NCBI GenBank assembly: GCA_040285855.1
Contig: JAUFOQ010000017.1
Coordinates: forward strand, 1,302,001-1,366,000
DNA: 64,000 nt
Origin: Eukaryota sp. GEM-RC1
Taxonomy: Eukaryota
Direction of reading: 5' to 3'
Part shown: in pieces, positions 24,599-35,609 of the stretch
Layout: every line of letters begins with the position of its first letter
Position numbering within the stretch: the first letter of the stretch is position 1
Notes under the pieces: generated by a model
What the model was told of the DNA's origin: nothing
Database searches by the model: none
What the model saw: only the letters and a program-made list of their open reading frames with translations
Made by a program: the position numbers and the translations under genes

Positions 24599-25230
24599 TT
24601 TGTCACTGAGGAAGAAATCACCACATTGAAACCCTCCGTATGGCTCGATGATTCTGTTGTTGACTTTTATGGTGAGTACATCACCGAGAATAGTGAGTTA
24701 TGCCAGTTTTTCCGTATCGGGAATCTTCATGCTGCAGTGAGTTATGGCAATTTTGACACATTAGCTCTTGAATTTCTAAATGTTCAGAATTCAATGCGAG
24801 AGACTGGGAAAAGGTTTTTATTTATTCCAATAAACGATGGTGTCTTTCGTGATACAGCAACTCATTGGACTCTACTTGTTTGTGACATTGATAGTACGTC
24901 ATTTTTTTCACTTGATCCAATGTACACTGACAGTTCAACTCAACTTTCATTTGACGTTTTAACTCAAAATGATCAAGTTGTAAGTACATTACAGGAATAT
25001 TTGCGTCATTTTGGAAATTTTTCAAATTTAGGAAAGCTCCCAGTTATTAAACATCAAACTCCCAACGACTGTGGACCATATATCTTAATGTATATGCAAC
25101 GATTTGTTCATTTGGCATCAACATCAGACAATTTCCAGGAAATTTTGTCTCAAGTCCAAGGTTATGTCGATTATGATGCTTTTAACATGAGAAAACAAGT
25201 TCTAAATCTGATAGCAACCACGCATCCTAT
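24596..25230 (+). pseudogene. Ulp1/SENP-like C48 cysteine protease domain 1 of the polyprotein
   Basis: WLDDSVVDFY, FLFIPIND, THWTLL (His), SLDPM (Asp), QTPNDCGPYI (Cys). Confidence 0.88.
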
Positions 25231-25571
25231 TCCTTTTGCTATACTTGCTGTAAGTATTGTACATGAGTACTTTTCAAACAACATTCAAGCACATGTTCAA
25301 GAACACAGTGCCATAGTTCATTCTTCACCTGGTACTTCTGAAATAGCCGAACATCCAACAGCAATTTTATCTCCTGATGAAACTCGACAAGTGCCATTGA
25401 CTATACCCAATCAACTTATGGACTCAAATCTTACAAGGAAAACTCGTCAATCTAGAAAATATCCTCCAAAAAAGAAGAAGTTTTCTCAAAAATATCAAAT
25501 TATACAACATCAACATCGTGGAATTCTAACACAATCTCGTCCTAGACCACTTTTACTAAGATCTGATTAAA

Positions 25572-26210
25572 TTGACACACTGGAAACCCAATGTACTGCT
25601 TCATGATTCTGTCATTGACTTTTTTGGTCAGTACATTGCTCAAAAGAGTAATCGATGTGAATTCTTTGAAGTAGCGAACATTCAAGATGCAATCAATCTT
25701 TCACAATATAACATAATGTTTGAACAATTTAGAGAAGTTCAATTATCAATGGAAAAGTCCAGTAAAAGACACACTAAAAAGTGTAAGAAACGTTTCTTGT
25801 TTATTCCAATAAATGACGGTCTCTTTGGTACAACAGCCACTCACTGGTCACTGTTAATCTGTGATATTGAAAACAAACAGTACTTCTCTATTGACTCAAT
25901 GTGTACAGAAGATCAACAATCTCAGTTTTCTAACACTTTATCACGTATTGACAATATCATTTCACAATTACAGCAATTCCTGTTTGATATGGCAAATTTC
26001 AGCTATATAGCTAGAGTACCAGTTCAACAAGTCCAAACTCTTAATGACTGTGGTCCATTTATTCTAATGTATATGAATAAATTTGTCGAGTGTGAATCAA
26101 CATCAACAAATCTTTTCGAAATTCTGTCTAAAGTCTCTAATTGTGTTGTTTATAATGCCTTAGAAATGAGAAAACAAATATTGTCTCAAATCGTTACTAC
26201 TCACCCTGAT
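25572..26210 (+). pseudogene. Ulp1/SENP-like C48 cysteine protease domain 2 (internal duplication)
   Basis: LHDSVIDFF, FLFIPIND, THWSLL, SIDSM, QTLNDCGPFI; colinear paralogue of domain 1. Confidence 0.88.
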
Positions 26211-26599
26211 GAAGATCACCCTGATGAATACCGACAATATGTATGTACTCATGCCCAAGGTATTTTAAATGAGTTTTATTCTGATGAGATTGAATCACCT
26301 GTTAATCAACCTGTACAGTGTCAATCTGAAAGTTTAACTCCTGAAACAATGGTAGATGATAGTAGTTACAAGGAAACGGTATCAAAGCTCACTTATCAAA
26401 ACTTTCTCAAAAGTTTACCTGGCAATTTGTCTAATCGGAAAAGAAGCGTCTTTTGAAGTTAAAAATGATTGAACAAGCGCTGGAAGAAGCTGAAGATTTA
26501 TTTCAAGAAAGTTATCATAACTTTAGTCGTCCAGAGTTGACAGATCTTCCAGAAATACATTTACCAACTCCAAAAATAAATGTTGCTGCTTGTGAGAAA

Positions 26600-26755
26600 C
26601 CTGATACAACAGAAACAGCAGAAACAATTGAGTCATCTGAAACCACTGAAACAACAGAAGCAACAGAAACAATTGAGTCATCTGAAACCACTGAAACAAC
26701 AGAAGCAACAGAAGCAATTGAATCATCTGACACAGCAGAAACAACAGCAGCAACA
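26600..26755 (+). repeat. Thr/Glu-rich tandem linker repeat
   Basis: gaaacaattgagtcatctgaaaccactgaaacaacagaagcaaca repeated; encodes (ETIESSETTETTEAT)n. Confidence 0.85.
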
Positions 26756-26904
26756 GGTAATAGAAAGACAACAGTTGCCAAAAGGAAAACCACCAAACCA
26801 AAAGCAAGTGGAGTATCAAATGCGACAAAGAGTTTGAAACCTCCTAAAAAGCCAATTATTGAGTTTCTGAAACATTCCCAATTACCAAATAACTCTAATC
26901 ATTG

Positions 26905-27640
26905 TTCAATATTGTCTTTTGATATTGAAACTAGAGAAATTGATCAAATTCCTGCAGAAACACTTACAGAGTAGTTGGATGATCAAAGAAGGAACGAGAA
27001 TGAATCTCTCAAAATGAACAGTGACGCAGAAAAAGAAGTGTGGATTCAAAACCAACAAGTTTTTATGATTTCTGGAGTGTTTGATCATTTTATAAAAGAT
27101 CAATTTTACCTTCAAGACAATTTTGTTGCAACTTTAGAGTTGACTCATGAATCTGATGTTGAACTGCCACCTGATTGTAGAAACCTTCGATTTTTTGAAA
27201 ACGAAAAACAGTTACTAGAGTTTTTTGTCAACTATTTGAATGATAAAAATCCCTCAGTTTTAACTGGATTTAACATAACTGATTTCGATAATGTTATTTT
27301 AGGCAACAGGATTGTTACACTTGGAGTCGACTTTCCAGAACCAATGCTAGATGAAACAACAAAATCTCATTTATCATCTCTATGGCAAAATGTTTGTTCT
27401 GAATGGGCTGGTAGAATTGTCTGTGATTCATACGTTTATGCTAAGCAATTTATTGTTTCCAAAATGTTCAAAGTCTTTAAGATCATTAAGTTGGTTTTTA
27501 TTAAACGAATCTAAAGGACGTCTTCATGACGAATTTCACCACTTATTGCCTATTGATTGTGTTGTTGAAAGACCTCAAGAAGTTGTGAACTATTGCTTCA
27601 AAGATAGTGTACTAGCATTGAAGTTGTTTTTATTATTTCA
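26905..27640 (+). pseudogene. PolB-type DEDDy 3'-5' exonuclease domain of the polyprotein
   Basis: ExoI LSFDIET, FENEKQLLEFF, ExoII LTGFNITDFD, DSYVYAK, SLRSLS, ExoIII NYCFKDS; in-frame TAG at 26972-26974 and one frameshift. No polymerase domain follows. Confidence 0.85.
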
Positions 27641-27649
27641 ATCAAATAA

Positions 27650-29775
27650 AATCGTTCGTCCAACTTTTGTAACACATAAGACTACTCTAAAGTCTATTGT
27701 CAAACATTTTGGATTAACGTTATTACTCGATTATTATGCTCAATTGGTTCACAAACTTAGAATGCATACTTCCTATTTTTTGAAGTTGTTTTTATTACAC
27801 ATGGATAAGATTGGTGAAAAATTACCTTTAATTACAAGGAAAGAAGTAGAACATATTCAAACTCTGTTAAGAAACATCTCTGCTGAACATCATGAGATTG
27901 AATTATGTAATCAAGGACGACCTCCTACATTTAATGAACACTTGAAAAACTTTGTTTCAGAAGAATACAAACAAGTGATGCTCAACAATGGAGGAATTCC
28001 ACTCTTCCAGCTGCTCATTCCTCACGGCTTATGGCAATGGTTGGTGAAACTATTGAATCGAACTTGGACACAAACATTAAAATGCGATATGCTCAATACA
28101 TTGACAAATTTATTAATGTTTATTTTCAAAAGACTGATCAAGAAGAAACAATGTCAAAAAAAGAACAGTCTGTTTTTCGTTGGAGACTAAGACAAGTTAA
28201 AAATGTCTTTCTTGAAGGTAACAGAAATGACATTCCAAAAACCCCTGCAGAAATAAAACAATTTATTCAAAGACGTAATACAGAAATTCTTCAAGACGAC
28301 AGTAATGGAAGTTTGAACATTGCAGGTAAAATTAAACTTCTATGGGCAACTAACGACTATGTTGAAGGATTGTTTAGAGATAAATATTTTATTGATGTTC
28401 TCTTCCCACCATCAATTGATGTTCAAAATGCTAATGGTGTTTATAAAAAGAAAGTCGTTAAATCTCTACTAAAATCAGTTCGTGAACATCCCCAGTCCTT
28501 TATTAAATCTGCGATTCAAATAAATAACTATCTTGAAAGTGAAGGAGCAAGTGCTTACAATGTAATTCCTATTGTTCGTCACGTCACACCAGGTTTCTTT
28601 GAAATAGACACACAAGGTCTTTGGGGAATATTACGTTCCACTTTGTCAACAAAACAAGTGAATGTCAAGAAGAAAATGTCTGAGTGGAACACAAAAGTTG
28701 AAATTGAACACATGTCTCCTGTTGAACAAAAATCAATTCTGGTCCTACTTTTTCAACTTTAATCGTCCATTTATAAAGAAAGGTTATAAGTTTAACAATA
28801 CCATTAAAACTGATGGTTTCTCTGCCTGTGTTGAACTTACCAGAGAGGACTGTGTGGGAATGTCCTTTAAACCAGACAGTGCAAAGTTCTCCAGTAAAGA
28901 AGAATATGTTCAAGACTATGATATTGAAGAGTTTTCATTGAAAACAAAAGTGTTTATTGACCCTGGAAAACAGATTTACTCTATTTTTGTTCAGAGAAAG
29001 TAAATAGGCCATTTCCTGAACAAAAAGCCCGTGAAATGAGAAACAAAGAATACGAGTGGCGGAGATTGACAGAGACAGAATGGTCCAGATGGTCAAGGGT
29101 CCATCAAAAGTTTAGAAGGGGAAAGAAAAAAGAATTCATTCTCCGAGATGGAAAGACAGTTGAAGAAGAAGAGTCAACATTGTCCAAAGAAAATTCGAAA
29201 TCCACTCTTTATGACACATTCTATGACTATGTGAGTTCCAAACTAACAGTTATTGAATCAACATTTGATTACTACTGTTTGATGATATGGCGCATTCAAA
29301 AATGCAAAGATACGTCCATATTCAAAAAACAGAAAGTAAGTTGTTGAAAAATATGACTGCAAAAGGATGGAATAAAAATGACTGTGTATTGATGTTTGGT
29401 GACAATGGTAATAAGAGGCAGAACCTAAAACACCTCCGATCAAGTAGAGGTGTGGGTTGGAGAAACTTCTTTAAGAGAAATGGTTTTAACATCGTTCTTG
29501 TAGACGAGAGTTACACGTCTTCAAAGTGTCCTACTTGTTGGAAGCCAGTTAAAGTGTTCAAAGAAATCAGTAATCCAAAACCATGGAAAAGAGAGAAGAA
29601 ACCTCTGGTAAAGTGTCACGCTTTGTTGAGATGTAAGTCCCAAGAATGTAGAGAAGAATGTCATGGTAGCGCCAAGGTTTGGAATCGTAACAAGTTGGCA
29701 TGTATCAACATCAAAACCATTGTGGAGCATCATTTGGAGCGGGGTCTAGGAGTTAGACCCAGTTATTTGTCATAG
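27650..29775 (+). pseudogene. Fanzor (eukaryotic TnpB-like, Fanzor1-type) RNA-guided nuclease domain, frameshifted
   Basis: KTTLKSIVK, FLKLFLL, EIDTQGL, IKTDGFSACV, RuvC-I FIDPG (D at 28959), FGDNG, RuvC-II VDESYTSSKCPTC (E at 29506), zinc finger HALLRC..EC, RuvC-III WNRN (normally NRD; 29689) ..ACINI. Confidence 0.88.
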
Positions 29776-29945
29776 TCATAGTCATAGCCTTTATTTACTA
29801 CAGTGAATCTGTAGCATTATTGAATCTTCATACATTAAAGCCTCAGTACTTCCAACCTTTTCAAGAACTGATGTAGCAAAAGGAATGAGGATTCACATTG
29901 TAGTAAATGATTTACATTATAAGGCATAATTCTACCTCTCTGGAT
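29776..29945 (+). ncRNA. Putative Fanzor omegaRNA (scaffold ~29787-29925, followed by flank-derived guide)
   Basis: Nested stems directly after the Fanzor stop: gcctt/aaggc; atttactacagtgaatc (29793-29809) / gattcac-at-tgtagtaaat (29890-29908); inner cctca/tgagg and cctttt/aaaagg. Confidence 0.65.
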
Positions 29946-29955
29946 TAGACCAGTG

Positions 29956-32253
29956 ATGTCCAAAATCGACAACGTTTCCTCAAATCAATGTCTTGATGAC
30001 TGCAGTTCCTCTTTATCTACCCTGTCGTCTTGTTCTTCCTCTGTGGGGACGATCCTTGATTCCTCTTCAGTTTCTTCCTGTGTGACAGACACATCTTCTG
30101 GGTCGATTCATTTTCAGTCTTCTCTACTACTATTGATCAATACCCACTTGCATTACGATCTTCGTTTTCCCTCTCAGTTGATGGAGTGGATTCATCAGTA
30201 TTCAAAAGAAATTGGTTATGTTAGCCGTCGCTTCTTTGAATTGTACTTGTCGTCAGTCAAAGTGGTTCTTGAAACAAATGCTATTGAAGTCCGTTCCAGT
30301 CACCTCCCCCTCCTTCTTTCGTTTGCTTCTTTCTTTTCAGCAAATGTACAATCTGTTTTGTTAGACACCCACCAGTATGAACTTTGCGAATCACTCATTC
30401 TTAATCATAATACAATTATTTCTGGTGTCACAATGGTGCTTAATCATGATTTAGATTATACATCTGACTCATTTTTCAAGTTTTGTGATGGATTGTTCGA
30501 TTCTTCTTCTACCATGTCCCTCCCTAGTCTTAAACGTTTAAAAATCATTAATAATGGATCCGGTTTGTTGAATGGTATTGTTTCTGGACTAATAAGTAAT
30601 AATACTTTGCTAGAATTGTCTGTTTCTGAAGTTTCCACGATGTATGAAATTTGGACCCTTGAAAAGATCTTTTCCTCAAACAAAACACTCAAAATAGTTA
30701 CTCTAGCTGATTTGTGGGGTTTAGACATTATGTCATCTTTTTATATGTCCATTTTTAATAGTTCGAGTATTAGAGTCCTTACTGTGTCAGCTACATGTCT
30801 TGATTTTGATGTATGTAATGCTCTGAAAACCAATTTGGTACTGAAAGAACTCACTGTTATTTGTAATTACCTGAAAGAAGAAGCTAAAGGTCTCTCGGAG
30901 GTGATCAAAGGGAACTCATGTTTGAAAAAACTAGAGCTAAGGGATTATAACTATGATTTAACATCAATTATTAGGTCCTTTGAAACAAATTCTTCTTTAT
31001 CAGAATTGGTAATTTCCAAATGTGAGTCATCGCATCATGTAAGTTTTACTGACATGGAGGTTCAGTCGTTAGAAGAAATGGTGCAAAAGAATACTGGTTT
31101 ACTTGTTTTAGGTATTAGTACTCAATGTTTCAATTCTTTTCAGCTTAAAAATGTACTTTTAGCAACGGAACATAATCAAATACTTAAGAAAGTGATCCTT
31201 GGTTTTTCTAATTTTTTCTTAGACCCTTGCTCTGATTTATGCTGTTTAATTGCAGTTTATGAATCAATGGTTATTAAACCACTGTCTTGTCATGTTGATG
31301 TTGATCCTCACTTTGTTGACGTTGAAAATAGTGTGTTTTGTTTTTCACCAAAACGATGCACTCAAATTACAGACGAAGAAGTCTCATCTCTTAAATATTT
31401 TGTGAAGAGTTTTTGCATCAAAGAGCTTACTCTCAGTGGTTGTAGTTTTACCGATGAAGCGATTACTGCTTTGTGTGATTTAATCAAGGATACTGAGTCA
31501 TTGACCTCTATTGACTTAAGTTCTCTCACTGTTGTGAAGCGAGATTCTCATCATGACTCTGATCACGATAACTCTGTTGTTAACAACTCCTTTTCTTGCA
31601 CTGAATATTCAGATGATGAAAGATCTTCCACTCAATTCTTTCTTCCCGATTGGTCTGACAAGGAACTTTCTGATGATCATTTTTGCAAAATAGTTAAGGC
31701 ACTGCAGTTCAATTCTGGTTTAAATAATGTTGATCTTAGTAATAGTATTAGTGGTTTCAATACTCTTTTGACTGTTTTTGAACTAATCTCATTGAGCAAA
31801 TTACCACCCACTATTGATGTTTCCCCCCATTATATATGTAGTGAAGATGGTGTGCTTGACTTTTCTCCCAAAGGTCGTTCCAAAATAACTTGCCAGGAAA
31901 TCTCGTACATGCGGTCTCTTATGGATTGTTTTAGTATTGAGTCGCTTGTCCTTTGTGGTTGTAGCATTTTTGACGAAACTTTTTCTCATTTGTGTGATTT
32001 AATCAAAGGCAATAATTCTTTGACTCTTATTGACCTGAAATCCTGTTGTTTTGATGATGATACGTTTAGTTATGATCCATTGGAAAGCATTTTCGAAAAA
32101 TATATGGATTCTGAGACTGTCGTGGCATTAGTAAATGCACTGGAAGACAATTACACTATTTCTTTGATACTGCTTCACAGTGATTCCATCGATTCTGAAA
32201 CTGTTGAGTACGTGAATGAAGTCCGTGAGGATAGGATAATATGTTATTTATGA
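29956..32253 (+). CDS. RNI-like leucine-rich repeat protein
   Basis: Long intact ORF with repeated NxxLxxLxL / LTSIDLS / LTLSGCSFTDE motifs and a Ser-rich N-terminus. Confidence 0.82.
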   Translation: MSKIDNVSSNQCLDDCSSSLSTLSSCSSSVGTILDSSSVSSCVTDTSSGSIHFQSSLLLLINTHLHYDLRFPSQLMEWIHQYSKEIGYVSRRFFELYLSSVKVVLETNAIEVRSSHLPLLLSFASFFSANVQSVLLDTHQYELCESLILNHNTIISGVTMVLNHDLDYTSDSFFKFCDGLFDSSSTMSLPSLKRLKIINNGSGLLNGIVSGLISNNTLLELSVSEVSTMYEIWTLEKIFSSNKTLKIVTLADLWGLDIMSSFYMSIFNSSSIRVLTVSATCLDFDVCNALKTNLVLKELTVICNYLKEEAKGLSEVIKGNSCLKKLELRDYNYDLTSIIRSFETNSSLSELVISKCESSHHVSFTDMEVQSLEEMVQKNTGLLVLGISTQCFNSFQLKNVLLATEHNQILKKVILGFSNFFLDPCSDLCCLIAVYESMVIKPLSCHVDVDPHFVDVENSVFCFSPKRCTQITDEEVSSLKYFVKSFCIKELTLSGCSFTDEAITALCDLIKDTESLTSIDLSSLTVVKRDSHHDSDHDNSVVNNSFSCTEYSDDERSSTQFFLPDWSDKELSDDHFCKIVKALQFNSGLNNVDLSNSISGFNTLLTVFELISLSKLPPTIDVSPHYICSEDGVLDFSPKGRSKITCQEISYMRSLMDCFSIESLVLCGCSIFDETFSHLCDLIKGNNSLTLIDLKSCCFDDDTFSYDPLESIFEKYMDSETVVALVNALEDNYTISLILLHSDSIDSETVEYVNEVREDRIICYL

Positions 32254-32454
32254 TTTTTTGCTCTTCATCAGTACTTCTCATATTGTTGTTTATACATATA
32301 TATTGCTTGTAGAAAATACCACTTTTGTAACATAGTTTTGGATACCTAAATTCTAGGTACATGTAGGTTATAGGTATTAGGTATTTAGTTATATATGGTT
32401 TATTTTGTTTACTATATACCTATACAATAGTCTTTCTCCTAAGTTATGGTCATC

Positions 32455-32830
32455 TCGCTTTCCTGTTGATATCAAAGAAATTCCATATCAAAAAATTCTG
32501 TCTTTAAAATTTGCTTTAAAGAAGCTACAAAATCATTTATCAAAATATTTTGACGCTCAGATTTTATAGTTCGTCCTTGCTCGGTTAAGGACAAAAATCC
32601 AGTTTTCCCTAATTTTTTAATTGATTTAAAGGAGAGTTCTGCTGTGGCATTAATTAATCAAATTCCACAAGTATATGGTTTATTATTAAATGATCATCAA
32701 TGGACCACTACAATGACTAGGAGACTTCGTTGTATTTTATGCCATACAATTTGCCAAATGATCTTCAATGTAGCTGTGGAAAAGAATTAACGTTTTCTCA
32801 TTTGTTTCAATCTATGGCCGTTTAGGAAAC
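32455..32830 (+). mobile_element. Degraded RLE-type LINE fragment
   Basis: LKFALKKLQ..LINQIPQVYGLLLNDHQWTT, homologous to 14560-14880. Confidence 0.75.
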
Positions 32831-32885
32831 AATGCATAGAATTTGTTAAACGATTTCGGGAAAATCGAAAAAAAATAAGATGATC

Positions 32886-32945
32886 CATACTTGTGGATCA
32901 CACTACTTTTCCAGTGTGATCACAATCACAGCCACAATTTGTGAT
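32886..32945 (-). mobile_element. Isolated right end of the catacttgtggatcaca hAT family
   Basis: Reverse-complement match to 56085-56138. Confidence 0.7.
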
Positions 32946-33274
32946 AACAAAAAAACCAAGAATAATTCTTATATGAATATCTTTTTCTTTCTCTTAGTAC
33001 CTGAATGTATCAATTTGATTCAACTGCGAATAAAGATCTTTACCAACGGGAAACAACTTAGAGAGACATTTGATTGAAGAGAATTTGGATAAGACATTAA
33101 TCTAATTCAATTAAATCCATGATTGGTTACAAATAAACAGAGTTCTCAAAGAGATTTATTTTCACAATAATACAAAAAGAAATTCAATTCAAAGAAGCAA
33201 AGAATTGCATAAATAAAAAAGAGAGTTATAAACTCAGATTAAAATAGAAATAACAACACACTGTCAAATCATCA

Positions 33275-34444
33275 TCATAGTTTAGGATACAGCTCTGATT
33301 TTGAACCATCAAAACTAGCAGTCTTGGCAACCTGTCGACGTGGCAACTGAGCACGTGACGATCGGTCAATATCAATCGAATCAAACTGCCAACACTTTCT
33401 TTTAATACCTTTAAACATTGATTGAGAAACAGCAATCAAAGGAGACCGGTCAACAATCACTTCAATCTTCTTCCACCTTCTCTTAATCAATTTCTCATCA
33501 TCACGATTCTTATCAATCAAAAACTCCATCAAATGGGAAGGAGGTAAGGGTGGAACATTTTCAGATGAAATCTTTTTAAGTTCATTAATAACAGATTTAG
33601 CAAATGCATGCGACTGCTCATTTGCCTGAGTTACTCTACTGTAGATATAGAAACAGACCATGAATAGAATTAAGAGAGGAACAAGAACAACCAGAACAGT
33701 AGTTAGATAGGAGAAGATGGAAACCCAAAAGTTGAGAGAGATCAAGACAGTAATTCCACTGAAGAGGCTGAAAAAGGAGGAGAGAAGCTCGGAATGAACC
33801 GCTGTAGAGAATGTGGTAGTAATGAAAGAGGATGATTGGGAGAGGAAGGTAAGGGAAGAAGTTCGATAGTAGAAAACTACAAACAAGATGGGGATGATGC
33901 ATAGGAAATAAATGTACTTGGAAATAGTGTGGAAAACCGAAGTAGAAACAGGTAACGAGTCAGTTGGTCCATAAGTTGGGGCTGGATCCACTGGGGGATA
34001 TGAAGAGCTTTTTTTTGAGAAACGTCTGGGTTCAGTTGGAGTGGGAGCTTTATAGGATGGCGTTGGTTTGAGGGAGGATCTTTCAGTGGGAGTGGGAGGT
34101 TTCTGAGGAGTTCGATCACCCATCATTGGGAAACCAGTGGTTGGACTGAATCCATATCCTTGGTCTTGAGATATTTCACCTCTAGGAGTTCTGGATGGTT
34201 GAGATTTCGGTGTAAGAGTATGTTTTGGTTTAGGTGTTGAGGTTGTTTTAGGTTTTGGAAGAAAAACTGGACTTGATGGAGGGGAATCAGCTTGAGGTTC
34301 AGGTTTGTTTAACTCGGATAGAGCAAACTTAATAAGTTGTGCTTTTTTAAGAACCTTATTAGGCGGGATAATGTTGTTTTCCACAAGTAGTTGCTTCAAG
34401 CCAACAATTGTGAGTGTTGACAGAGACTCCTCAGTGTACGTCAT
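33275..34444 (-). CDS. Inner nuclear membrane HEH/LEM-MSC protein (MAN1/Src1/Heh1-like)
   Basis: N-terminal LTIVGLKQLLVENNI..KKAQLI (HEH), Pro/Ser-rich linker, hydrophobic TM segments, C-terminal SHLMEFL..RWKKIE..GIKRKCWQF (MSC-like). Confidence 0.75.
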   Translation of the reverse strand: MTYTEESLSTLTIVGLKQLLVENNIIPPNKVLKKAQLIKFALSELNKPEPQADSPPSSPVFLPKPKTTSTPKPKHTLTPKSQPSRTPRGEISQDQGYGFSPTTGFPMMGDRTPQKPPTPTERSSLKPTPSYKAPTPTEPRRFSKKSSSYPPVDPAPTYGPTDSLPVSTSVFHTISKYIYFLCIIPILFVVFYYRTSSLTFLSQSSSFITTTFSTAVHSELLSSFFSLFSGITVLISLNFWVSIFSYLTTVLVVLVPLLILFMVCFYIYSRVTQANEQSHAFAKSVINELKKISSENVPPLPPSHLMEFLIDKNRDDEKLIKRRWKKIEVIVDRSPLIAVSQSMFKGIKRKCWQFDSIDIDRSSRAQLPRRQVAKTASFDGSKSELYPKL

Positions 34445-34461
34445 TTTTTCAAGAAACGAAA

Positions 34462-34794
34462 ATGTTTACTGTCCTTCACCTTAATTCTGGATTCTTTCTG
34501 CCCTTGCATTGGGAGGTTGAAGGTAAACGTAAGTGGTGGACTGACGTACTTGATGCTGAATTCAGAGCCTTTGTTCCTAGAATAGTGGATCACTATCAAG
34601 ACTATCTTCAGACTCCTTCTCATGTCTTCTCAGGACATGTTATCAGTTCTCATGTGTTCAAAACCAAGTGTCTAAAGCTGCAGACTGCTCTTGAACATCA
34701 CCGTGCTCCAATGTTTATCTATGATAGTCTTCTTGATGAGAAACAATCTCCTCCTCTACGTCTCTTCATCCACATCACTCCCTTGCGTAGGTAA
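34462..34794 (+). CDS. Small hypothetical protein, divergent from the HEH/LEM gene
   Basis: ATG 17 bp from the neighbouring start; 110 codons, host-like composition. Confidence 0.45.
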   Translation: MFTVLHLNSGFFLPLHWEVEGKRKWWTDVLDAEFRAFVPRIVDHYQDYLQTPSHVFSGHVISSHVFKTKCLKLQTALEHHRAPMFIYDSLLDEKQSPPLRLFIHITPLRR

Positions 34795-35609
34795 CTCCTT
34801 CTTCTTCAACTACTTGTTACTAGTTAATGGAGTGAGGACTGATACCATTACTCAATCTTTGGAAATTGATTGATTGATTAAGTGTGCTTCGTCGACATTA
34901 TTCCTGTCAATTTTTTACTAAACAACAATTTTTGATTGATTGGCAGACATTGCAATTTTTTAAAATTCTTCTTTTCTTGGGAATCTAATGCACTCTGAAG
35001 AAGTCATGAATGATTAATGTCTCATCCAGTGAATCGGAAAAGAAAAGATAGTAGAATGTAGCTCTTGTTAAAACTACCTCTATTCATTTCAAGATTGGTT
35101 GTTAGAATCCCAAATCTAAATTACATCAGTTTTTTGTCAGTTTTATTATAAGTTTTAATTTATGATCTGCTGTATTGGATTGATTTCCATCAACACATTC
35201 TTATTTGGTTTCATACATTTCAGCTCCTTTTAAGATTAGATCTGATAATTCGCATAAATACAAGTATAAAACATTAATTTGAGTGGTACATGTATCATTA
35301 GTCTATAAAAAATTGGGTTTATGGTCAATCAGTGAAATTAATGCTTTTGCAGAAAATAATTACTAACAGACACTAACTAAAGTATCTAAACTGTGATCCT
35401 TCTGTCCACCCCAAACAACTTACCTAAAATGGAACTAAAATATCTGTGCATTGAACGAAACAACGCAAACGTTAACCTACTCAACCAAAAATTTTCATCT
35501 AAAGCTTTACCGTACTCAGAACACAATTTACCAAAGGAAGTTAAAAACCTTGTGCAGCTGGTCCAATATTGCCATATATCGACAACGCAAAAGGTTGAAA
35601 CACAAAAGA

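Larger units (their letters stand above)
20221..29925 (+). mobile_element. Composite Fanzor-carrying element with two RNA-motif/2A-led ORFs (SF1 helicase; Ulp1-Ulp1-exonuclease-Fanzor) and an omegaRNA-like end; boundaries approximate
   Basis: Both units share a 5' structured motif and a 2A peptide, and both lie between divergent host start codons at 20171 (-) and 29956 (+). No TIR or TSD recognised. Confidence 0.7.

Noticed and set aside
26972..26974. Stop-codon reassignment or programmed readthrough
   Set aside because: Host genes here end in TAA, TAG and TGA, and the element has many other lesions.
20221..29925. Polinton/Maverick or Helitron assignment
   Set aside because: Only the exonuclease part of PolB is present. 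No polymerase, integrase, capsid, HUH Rep or PIF1-type helicase motifs were seen, and no TIRs or CTRR end were recognised.
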